Positions 45,916 through 53,422 of a stretch of DNA of 64,000 nt are shown here, one piece after another. Where the stretch lies: NCBI GenBank assembly GCA_050250895.1, contig JBFWNU010000001.1:3584149-3648148 (forward strand). Direction: 5' to 3'. Source of the DNA: Vulcanimicrobiota bacterium (GTDB taxonomy: Bacteria; Vulcanimicrobiota; Xenobia; Xenobiales; JADMJV01). Position 1 is the stretch's first letter. Each line of letters starts with the position of its first letter. The notes beneath the pieces were generated by a model, which made no database searches, was not told where the DNA came from, and saw only the letters and a program-made list of their open reading frames with translations. A program made the position numbers and the translations under genes.

Positions 45916-46665
45916 CTATCCGGGGGTATCCCTGTCGAGAGCACTGCGGACGTAGTCGCGCAGCTGCCTGGCGTTCTCCACCGCATGCGCCTGATCGTCG
46001 TTGTTGAAGTAGGCATAGACATCCACGCCCTGCTCGAGCAGGTCGGCCAGACGACCAGCGTCGGCGGTCAGCTTCTGGTGGGTATAGCTGCCCTGATAAT
46101 GATTGCCGTGATATCGCAAGTAGGTCCAGTCGGTGGTCAGCCGCCAGGGGTGGCCCTCGAGCATGTCGTGAATGACCAGCGCGGCCTTGTGTTCTTGCAG
46201 CACGTCGAAGACATCCTCGCACAGCCAGCTCGGGTCGCGAATTTCTACTGCCCACCGTTTGGCCCGCGGCCCCGCCTGCGTGAGAAACTGGTCGAGTCTC
46301 TCATGGTCGGCCTTCCAATGGGGAGGCAGTTGCACCAGGATCGGACCCATGCGAGACCCCAGCACCTCCACCCGCTCGAGAAAATTCCCAACCGTTTGTT
46401 CGGGGTCGAGCAGGTGTTTCAGGTGGGAGCCATAGCGGCTGAATTTGAGGGCGAACACGTAGTCTGATTCGACTTGCTTGGCCCAATCCTGGACCGTTTC
46501 TCTTTTGGGTAAACCGTAGAAGGTACGGTTCACCTCGAGAGTATCGAAGTGACGGCTGTAATAGTTCAACCTGCGGGACCGGGTAAGATCGGCGGGATAA
46601 AAGCGGCCCTGCCAGTGGTCATAGTCAAACCCCGAGGTGCCCACGGCCAATCTGCCTTGGCTCAA
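45916..46665 (-). CDS. DUF72 domain protein
   Basis: VGTSGFDYDHW, EVNRTFY, ILVQLPP, YLRYHG, YAYFNND; TTGA overlap with the upstream gene. Confidence 0.93.
   Translation of the reverse strand: MSQGRLAVGTSGFDYDHWQGRFYPADLTRSRRLNYYSRHFDTLEVNRTFYGLPKRETVQDWAKQVESDYVFALKFSRYGSHLKHLLDPEQTVGNFLERVEVLGSRMGPILVQLPPHWKADHERLDQFLTQAGPRAKRWAVEIRDPSWLCEDVFDVLQEHKAALVIHDMLEGHPWRLTTDWTYLRYHGNHYQGSYTHQKLTADAGRLADLLEQGVDVYAYFNNDDQAHAVENARQLRDYVRSALDRDTPG
45918..45929. promoter_or_regulatory. ATMC-N4-GKAT box (ATCCGGGGGTAT) upstream of the SDR gene
   Basis: 60 nt from ATG 45858; overlaps the 3' end of the DUF72 gene. Confidence 0.45.
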
Positions 46666-47018
46666 GCCGAAAGGCTCCGCCTGAGAGACTCGATTTCGTC
46701 CGAGTCGGGTTCTTGCTCGAAGAGATGAACCGGCTTGGCCTGCTGGCGAAACCACTCGACGTGTTCGCTTCCGTCGGCTCCCGGGGCAATGAGCAGGGCA
46801 TCACATCCTTTGGCCCCCCCTGGCTCGCCAGCGGTCAGGGCACGGACCGTCAGGCCCGCTGCCGTGAGCTTTTGTTCGAGGGCGGTGTGTCCGCCGACCA
46901 GGGCTACTACAGGATCCTTCCCGGGTGGTTCGGCCGACTCTGCGGGTACGGCTGCCCCTTCATCCTGGGGCTCGACGTAGTCGGTCACCCCCAGCCGGTT
47001 CTCCTCTGCTTTAGCCAT
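46662..47018 (-). CDS. Hypothetical protein
   Basis: GGAGG SD; in an operon between DUF1360 and DUF72. Confidence 0.7.
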   Translation of the reverse strand: MAKAEENRLGVTDYVEPQDEGAAVPAESAEPPGKDPVVALVGGHTALEQKLTAAGLTVRALTAGEPGGAKGCDALLIAPGADGSEHVEWFRQQAKPVHLFEQEPDSDEIESLRRSLSA

Positions 47019-47034
47019 CGAATTGCCTCCTCAC

Positions 47035-47511
47035 TCAAGCGGCGTAACGGTACCAAATCACGTTGAGAACGTCCACCCCTGCTGACAGGCACAGCGAGGT
47101 CGCCACAGCCCGGGTCAGGCGCGGGGCTAGCAAATATCCGGTGGCCGCGCCGGCTGCCACCCAGAAGCCACTGCAGTAGGGGCAGGTGGACAATTCTCCG
47201 ATGGCGCGCTGGACGCCGTCTCCACGTGGCTCTTCTTTGACTGCTCCCTTTCCGAGACCCTTGACGTAGCGAACGAAAGGCGCCCGCAAAGGGGCCAGCA
47301 CTTGATCGTGAGCCAGGGTGCGCGCAGCCTTATGACTGGCCACTCCCAGGCAGACCAGCTCCTTCACTGAGGGAAGTTCAGTAGGTAGTCGGCCCCGGCG
47401 GTGGGCGCACCAGAGCAAACCTCCAAAGAGCGCGGCAAAGGTGCCCGCCACCGTCGCCAGGCCGACCAGGGGCATCCCCTGGCCGCCGCCATATTCTTGC
47501 TCCAGGGTCAT
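47035..47511 (-). CDS. DUF1360 domain membrane protein
   Basis: LGVASHKAARTLAHDQVLAPLRAPF, AIGELSTCPYCSGFW. Confidence 0.88.
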   Translation of the reverse strand: MTLEQEYGGGQGMPLVGLATVAGTFAALFGGLLWCAHRRGRLPTELPSVKELVCLGVASHKAARTLAHDQVLAPLRAPFVRYVKGLGKGAVKEEPRGDGVQRAIGELSTCPYCSGFWVAAGAATGYLLAPRLTRAVATSLCLSAGVDVLNVIWYRYAA

Positions 47512-48473
47512 GCCACGGCGGCCCCGACCTCGGTCAGAATCTGCTTGTGGTAGAAGTCGATGAAGGAGGCCTGGTCGGGGCCCACCTGGTGGATGCTCAG
47601 GCCAGTATAGCCGGCTTTGCGATACTTATCGATCATTTCAAGATGAGCCGACGGGTCGGGCCCGCACACGATCTTCTCGAAGACATCGTCTCGGCTGACC
47701 ATCTTGCATGCTTGTTCGAAGTGAGCCGGGTTGGGAAGCAAAGCCTTGAGTTCGCCTTTGACGCCGGTCTGGGGCCAGTATTTGTAGGCGATCTCTTCGG
47801 CCCGGCTGCGAGACTCGTGATAGCAGACGACCATCTGGCCATAGCGAGGCTTGTCGCGACCGCCTCGCTCGTCAAAGTGCTCAAGCAAGCTCTTGGAGGG
47901 AGCCAGGCAGATGAGTCCATCGGCCTTGTTGGCCGCCAGACTGATCGCCTTTTTCCCGCCCCCGGCCACGTAGATGGGGGGGAGTTTCTCTGGCAAAGTG
48001 TAGATGCGCGCGTTCTCTACCGAGAAGTACTGGCCATAGTGCGACACCTCTTCACCGGTGAGCAGTTGTCGGAGGATGTCGATGGATTCCTCCAGCATCT
48101 CCAGCCGGATATCGGTTGCCGGCCAGCGTTTGGCTACGATATGTTCGTTGAGAGCCTCCCCGCTGCCCAGGCCGAGAAAGAAGCGACCCTCCAGCATGCT
48201 AGCCGAGGTCGCGGCCGCCTGGGCCACGATGGCCGGGTGATACCGAAAGGTCGGGCAAGTAACGGCCGTGCCGATTTCGATTCGCTGAGTGGCTTGCGAG
48301 AGGGCTCCCAGCACGTTCCAAACGAACGGGCTCTGCCCCTGGACGTCGAGCCAGGGATGGAAATGATCCGAGATAAAGCAGAATTCAAAGCCAGCCTTCT
48401 CGGCCCGAGCTGCGTTCTCGACCAGGGTTTTGGGGGGGTGCTCTTCACACATTAGACTGTATCCGATTTTCAT
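47508..48473 (-). CDS. LLM-class oxidoreductase (TIGR03557, F420-G6PD-like family)
   Basis: ISDHFHPW, QGQSPFVW, TAVTCPT, GLGSGEALNEH. Confidence 0.93.
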   Translation of the reverse strand: MKIGYSLMCEEHPPKTLVENAARAEKAGFEFCFISDHFHPWLDVQGQSPFVWNVLGALSQATQRIEIGTAVTCPTFRYHPAIVAQAAATSASMLEGRFFLGLGSGEALNEHIVAKRWPATDIRLEMLEESIDILRQLLTGEEVSHYGQYFSVENARIYTLPEKLPPIYVAGGGKKAISLAANKADGLICLAPSKSLLEHFDERGGRDKPRYGQMVVCYHESRSRAEEIAYKYWPQTGVKGELKALLPNPAHFEQACKMVSRDDVFEKIVCGPDPSAHLEMIDKYRKAGYTGLSIHQVGPDQASFIDFYHKQILTEVGAAVA

Positions 48474-48852
48474 AACGACGCCCTTCTTGAGATCTGACCC
48501 ATAGTATGGCAGGCCCCGACGGCCAAGGCCTCGTCCAGAGGGAGCCAGCCCGGGTATACCGGGTTTCCTCTACCCAGCGAGAGCGCCGCCCGTTCTAGTA
48601 ACAGAACGAGCGGCGCTGGGAACCAGAATGGATAGGGAACGGAGGAACCGATTGACCCACGCTACCGGGGGGAACCTCGCGAGGTTACCCGCCCGGGGAT
48701 ACGATCGGCCCATCCTCTGGTTGGGGAACGCGATCGGGAGAGCAACCTGAGGATGCTCTGGTCGGATACCAGGGCGGCTGGGGCGACGCGACACCGAAAG
48801 TTAGGCTCGGGAAAGTCCCTGACGGGGGCCAGAAAAAAGGAGAGTGTTACCA

Positions 48853-49341
48853 ATGCAGATTAGCAACTTCAAAGACCTCTACATCCAGCAACTCAGAGAC
48901 CTTTACAACGCCGAGCAGCAACTCACCAAAGCCCTGCCAAAGATGGCCGAAGCGGCCCAGAACAGCGACCTGCGCCAGGCCTTTCAGAGCCATCTAAAAG
49001 AGACCGAGAATCAGCTCAAGCGGCTCGAGAAGATCTTTACCGATCTCAACGAGAAGCCGGGCAGCCACAAGTGCGAGGCCATGCAAGGTCTGGTCAAAGA
49101 AGGCGAAGAGATTATCAAGAACGCCCGTGAGGGCGGAGTCCGTGACGCCGGACTGATCGCCGCCGCCCAGCGTGTCGAACACTATGAAATGGCCGGCTAT
49201 GGCTCCGTCCGAGAGTTTGCCCGCATGCTCGGTCAAACCGAACACGCCCGATTGCTGCAAGAGACCCTCGACGAAGAGGGCCAGGCTGACAAGAAGCTCA
49301 ACTCCCTGGCCGAGAAAATCAACTCGGTCGCTGTGAGATAG
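48853..49341 (+). CDS. yciF: YciF/DUF892 ferritin-like stress protein
   Basis: LRDLYNAEQQLTKALPKMA, HLKET, CEAMQGLVKEG, AAAQRVEHYEMAGYG; AGGAG SD. Confidence 0.94.
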   Translation: MQISNFKDLYIQQLRDLYNAEQQLTKALPKMAEAAQNSDLRQAFQSHLKETENQLKRLEKIFTDLNEKPGSHKCEAMQGLVKEGEEIIKNAREGGVRDAGLIAAAQRVEHYEMAGYGSVREFARMLGQTEHARLLQETLDEEGQADKKLNSLAEKINSVAVR

Positions 49342-49365
49342 ATCGGCTGCAGTCCACCGATCTTT

Positions 49366-49389
49366 GGGCTCCCGCGGGAGCCCTTTTTT
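49366..49389 (+). terminator. Rho-independent terminator after yciF
   Basis: GGGCTCCC-GC-GGGAGCCC followed by TTTTTT. Confidence 0.85.
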
Positions 49390-49507
49390 CTTGGTTATCA
49401 GTCAGTGAGATGGACCTCTGGATGCCCCGTCCCCCGCCCGGCGAGGGGGGCGCCCCCCACGCCAGTGGGAGATGATCGGTTTGTAAATTCATAAAAGGAG
49501 GGTCACC

Positions 49508-50017
49508 ATGAACCTGAGAAACCTCATTGTAGCTGGCCTGCTGGGCCTGTCGACCTTCTTACTCGGTTGCGACCAGACCGCCGACAATTCAGCTTACACT
49601 GCACCGCCGGACAACACCGTCGTGGCCGAGCGCGACGACACCACCGAGGCGTCCGCCTATCACTATCCCGAAGCTGGGCAGACCGACATTAAAGACCGGA
49701 CCATCACCGAGCCGGCCAATTCGCTAGACGATGATCAACAGGCTCGGCTCGAGGATCGCGGCCCCCGTGACGCCCTTTCGGCGCAGACTTCGCTGACCGC
49801 CCAGCGCGACGAATTTCTAGATCGCCTGCAGGCACGTGCCGAAGCGATGGAGGACCGAACCGACTTGACCGAGGCAGAGCAGAAATGGCTCGACTCGGTC
49901 CACCAGCGCATCGACCTGGTGGCCAAACTGAGCGATCAACTGACCTCTGAACTCGATGAGTTCGACGAGGTCGTCAGTGAGCGCATCGAAGAGGACCGGG
50001 CCACGGCCAACCGCTAG
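49508..50017 (+). CDS. Predicted lipoprotein
   Basis: AAGGAGG SD; MNLRNLIVAGLLGLSTFLLG-C lipobox; acidic helical body. Confidence 0.8.
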   Translation: MNLRNLIVAGLLGLSTFLLGCDQTADNSAYTAPPDNTVVAERDDTTEASAYHYPEAGQTDIKDRTITEPANSLDDDQQARLEDRGPRDALSAQTSLTAQRDEFLDRLQARAEAMEDRTDLTEAEQKWLDSVHQRIDLVAKLSDQLTSELDEFDEVVSERIEEDRATANR

Positions 50018-50018
50018 C

Positions 50019-50512
50019 ATGGATCGGGACATCGTAGTCATTGGTGGTTCCGCGGGAAGCCTGACGGCACTTCGCGCCTCCTTTCCGCCTTGAATCCCGA
50101 CTACCTCGGAATGATCGCCATCGTCACCCACACAGGCGACGAGCATCAGACTCTACTGCCCAATATCTTGGCGCGCCACTGCGTGCTGCCGGTAGTAGAG
50201 GCCACCGATGGCCTGGCGATCCAGGCCGGACGGGTCATGGTGGCTTCTCCGGGCCATCACTTGATGACTCGCTATCGTTGTCGTACCGGCCATGTTTTTA
50301 CCGAGTTGTCGTTGGCGATGGAGCAGGACGTGGCGGTCGAGAGTTCTCTTTGGGCCGCCTTACGAGGGCTGGAGGAGGGGGCTGACTTGGCCTTGCAAAT
50401 GAGCCAGCGGGCGTCCTTTCAAGGCACACCTCGGGCCGGAGAGGCCCACCTGCGCCACCACGAGTTGACCGAGCACGCTCGCAATCTCAGAGCTGTGCTC
50501 GAACGACTTTAG
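50019..50512 (+). pseudogene. Stand-alone CheB methylesterase-like gene, frameshifted and internally deleted
   Basis: MDRDIVVIGGSAGSLTALRA then a frameshift near 50078; continues IAIVTH...ATDG...PGHHL and jumps directly to the C-terminal RYRCRTGH...SLWAALRGLEE. Confidence 0.8.
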
Positions 50513-53367
50513 GTGGCCTGGGCCGGTTCGAGCCTCACCAACAGATGATAGGAATTCGCCACCGGTTGCTTGTGCACTTTGACTTGATAGCCGGCCGATG
50601 GGCTCGCTTGGGTGGTATTCCAGGTGAAGCTGAAGTCGCTGTCGTTTGAGCAGCGTTCGGCCAATCGAGAGGCCAGCTCCGAGGCCGCTCCCCAATCGGC
50701 GAGCCGCCAGGGCGAGTCGCCACTTCGGGCTGGCCGAGGTGCGAACTCACGAAAGAATGCAGAGTTGTATTCCAGAATCCGCTGGCCATCGTCGACCACC
50801 AGCAAGGGAGACGTGACCTGTTCGAGCAGCCACTGATTCAACTGATGCCGTTCCTCGGCCAACCGCGTGGCCTTTGTCTTCTCGTCAACATCCACAAAGG
50901 CGATGACCACTCCGTCGATGCGGGCGTCCTCGGTCCGGTAGGGCCGGATCTGGATAGAATAGAGCCGCCCCTGATTGTCTGTCTGTTCGAAGCTGAAAGG
51001 CATCAAGGACTCGGTCACCTGCTCGATGTGGTGCTCTAGTTCGAGTAGTTCAAGGTTGGGACGGACCTGGTTGAAGGGGCGCCCCACGTCACCCGGAATG
51101 AGATTGAGTAGCACGCGGGCAGTAGGCGTAAAGCGGCGAATGACCTGGTTGGAATCGAGAATGACTACCGGGACATCCACACTGGTGAGAATGTTGTTCA
51201 GATCGCCATTGACCCGATGCAATTCGAGGTTGCGTTCGTGAAGCTCTTCGTTGATCGTCGCCAATTCTTCATTGGTAGATTGCAGCTCTTCCTTGGCTGT
51301 TTCGAGTTCTTCGTTCGCGCTTTGCAGCTCTTCGTTGGCCGACTGGGTTTCTTCGTTGGCGGCCTTGAGTTCTTCGTTGGCGGTCTCTCGTTCTTGAATG
51401 ATGGAACTTAGATACTCTCGTGTGGCTAGCAGTTCGTCACGCAGATAGAGGACCTCGCTCTCCTCCTTGGGTAAGGGGAGCGCCGGATCCGGCGGGCCAG
51501 ACAAGCCAGCCTGGGGGCGGGCCTCTTCAAAAAGGATAAGCAGATATTCTTCGCGGGAGTCAAACAGCCGAATGGGCAACACCTGCAGGTTGAGATGGCG
51601 AAAGCCACCGTTGGAGCGAACCTGAATCTCGGGGATGCAGACCGGTGACTGACTTTCGCGGGCTCGGGCTACCGCCTCGCGCAAGGGCCCGAGCAAGCCT
51701 TCGCGGGCCATCTTCAAGATGTCGTGAGTGGCTACCCCCGCTGCCGGTTCGAGATAAAGACCGGTGCGTCCCCGAAACTGAACCACTTCGAGATTGTCGT
51801 TGATGATCACTCCCGGAGGGGCATACCGCGCCAGGATCAGACGATCGGCCTGCTTTTGGACCTCGTAGCCATCGTCCCGTGATACGTTCTGAGTACTGAG
51901 AGGATAGAGACTGGGCGAGGCAGTCCGCGACGGCGCGTGCAGATCCATCAGCGGAGGGGTGGGCACTCCTTTGCGCCGATACACCTTCAGCTTCTTGTCG
52001 ACGGTGCTAAAGAGCGTCTCGCAGCGGGTGACGCTCTCGGATTTGCCCAATAGTAAATAGCCCCCCGGCCGGAGGGCGTAGTGCATACTCTCGAGAGCCC
52101 TACGTTGAAGAGTGGGTCCTAGATAGATCAACAGATTGCGGCAACTGATCAGGTCGAGATTGGGAAAGGGCGGGTCCCGGGTCACGTCTTGTCTGGCGAA
52201 GACGCACATGTCGCGCACGGTTTTGCTGATCTGATAACCCTTCGGCGTCTTCATGAAATAGCGGCGATAGCATTCAGGCAGGTTCTCGACCACGGCATCT
52301 GGATATCGACCGGCCCTGGCCTTGACCAGGGAAGACTCGTTGAGGTCAGTGGCAAAGATTTGCATCCAGGCTGTCTGCCGTCGTTCTCGCAAGATTTCGA
52401 GCAGCACGATAGCCAGAGAGTAGGCCTCGTCACCGCGCGAGCAGCCCGCCACCCAGATTCTCAGCGAGTCGGTTGCTCGACTCTCGAGCCAACGCGGCAA
52501 GATATCTTGGCGCAGCCCATCGAAGACATCCTGGTCGCGGAAGAGTTCGGTCACGTCGACCAGGAGTTCTTCGTAGAGGACGGGCACCTCCGAGGGATCG
52601 CTGCGGAGCAGTTCGTAATACTCTTCAAACGAACTGGCTTGACGCATCAACAGGCGCTTGATCAAGCGACGGCGGATGGTGGTGGCTTTGTAGCCCGAAA
52701 AGTCTACTCCGGCGGCGCGGGCCACAAACCGAAAGATATCGGCCAGCACCTTGGGATCGTTGGCGAATTCGTCATTTTGGGGATCGCAACTGGAGAGGGG
52801 ATGACCCGCCAGGCGGGCTACCTCGGCGGCCAGTTCGAGGGGCGTGAGGGCCAGATCCACGTAGCCGGTCGCGAGGGCATGGCGGGGCATCTCGGTGAAC
52901 TGGGCGCTGCCTTCGTGCTGTACCAAGACGATGCCGCCTTCGGCGTGAACCCCGGCAATGGCCTCGCTGCCGTCGCTGCCCGCGCCGGACAGTAGGATGA
53001 TGATGGTTCGGCTGCCAAAGGCGCCAGACAGGTTGCGAAAGAGGTCGTCCATGGCACTGGCCGTTGGGGGTGGAGCCACCGGCTCGAAGAGGTTATCGCC
53101 GTCAATCTGCAGGCTCAGGCCCTCGGGCACCACCAGGACGAGCCCTGGCTCGAGTTGGCACGATTCTGAGGCTAACTCGATTCGTTGCTGAACCTGTTGG
53201 CTCAACCGAGCGCGCAGTTCGTCACTGGATAGACCTCGAGAAGCCACCACATAGCACACATTCAAATCAGGATCGACGTGGCGGAGAAACTCGACCAGGG
53301 GCTCGCTGCCCCCCTCGGCCAGACCGACACCTACCACCAGGGGAGTGGCGGTCGGCTCGTTTTGCAT
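50509..53367 (-). CDS. CheB/CheR fusion protein with PAS domains and coiled coil, no kinase domain
   Basis: LSGAGSDG, GVDFSGYKATTIRRR, RIWVAGCSRGDEAYS, DLISCRNLLIY, NEELQSANEELETAKEELQSTNEEL. Confidence 0.93.
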   Translation of the reverse strand: MQNEPTATPLVVGVGLAEGGSEPLVEFLRHVDPDLNVCYVVASRGLSSDELRARLSQQVQQRIELASESCQLEPGLVLVVPEGLSLQIDGDNLFEPVAPPPTASAMDDLFRNLSGAFGSRTIIILLSGAGSDGSEAIAGVHAEGGIVLVQHEGSAQFTEMPRHALATGYVDLALTPLELAAEVARLAGHPLSSCDPQNDEFANDPKVLADIFRFVARAAGVDFSGYKATTIRRRLIKRLLMRQASSFEEYYELLRSDPSEVPVLYEELLVDVTELFRDQDVFDGLRQDILPRWLESRATDSLRIWVAGCSRGDEAYSLAIVLLEILRERRQTAWMQIFATDLNESSLVKARAGRYPDAVVENLPECYRRYFMKTPKGYQISKTVRDMCVFARQDVTRDPPFPNLDLISCRNLLIYLGPTLQRRALESMHYALRPGGYLLLGKSESVTRCETLFSTVDKKLKVYRRKGVPTPPLMDLHAPSRTASPSLYPLSTQNVSRDDGYEVQKQADRLILARYAPPGVIINDNLEVVQFRGRTGLYLEPAAGVATHDILKMAREGLLGPLREAVARARESQSPVCIPEIQVRSNGGFRHLNLQVLPIRLFDSREEYLLILFEEARPQAGLSGPPDPALPLPKEESEVLYLRDELLATREYLSSIIQERETANEELKAANEETQSANEELQSANEELETAKEELQSTNEELATINEELHERNLELHRVNGDLNNILTSVDVPVVILDSNQVIRRFTPTARVLLNLIPGDVGRPFNQVRPNLELLELEHHIEQVTESLMPFSFEQTDNQGRLYSIQIRPYRTEDARIDGVVIAFVDVDEKTKATRLAEERHQLNQWLLEQVTSPLLVVDDGQRILEYNSAFFREFAPRPARSGDSPWRLADWGAASELASRLAERCSNDSDFSFTWNTTQASPSAGYQVKVHKQPVANSYHLLVRLEPAQAT

Positions 53368-53422
53368 ACACCATCATTAGCCGCGGGTTTGGAAGCACCT
53401 CTTTGGAGGGAAATCTTCCAAT

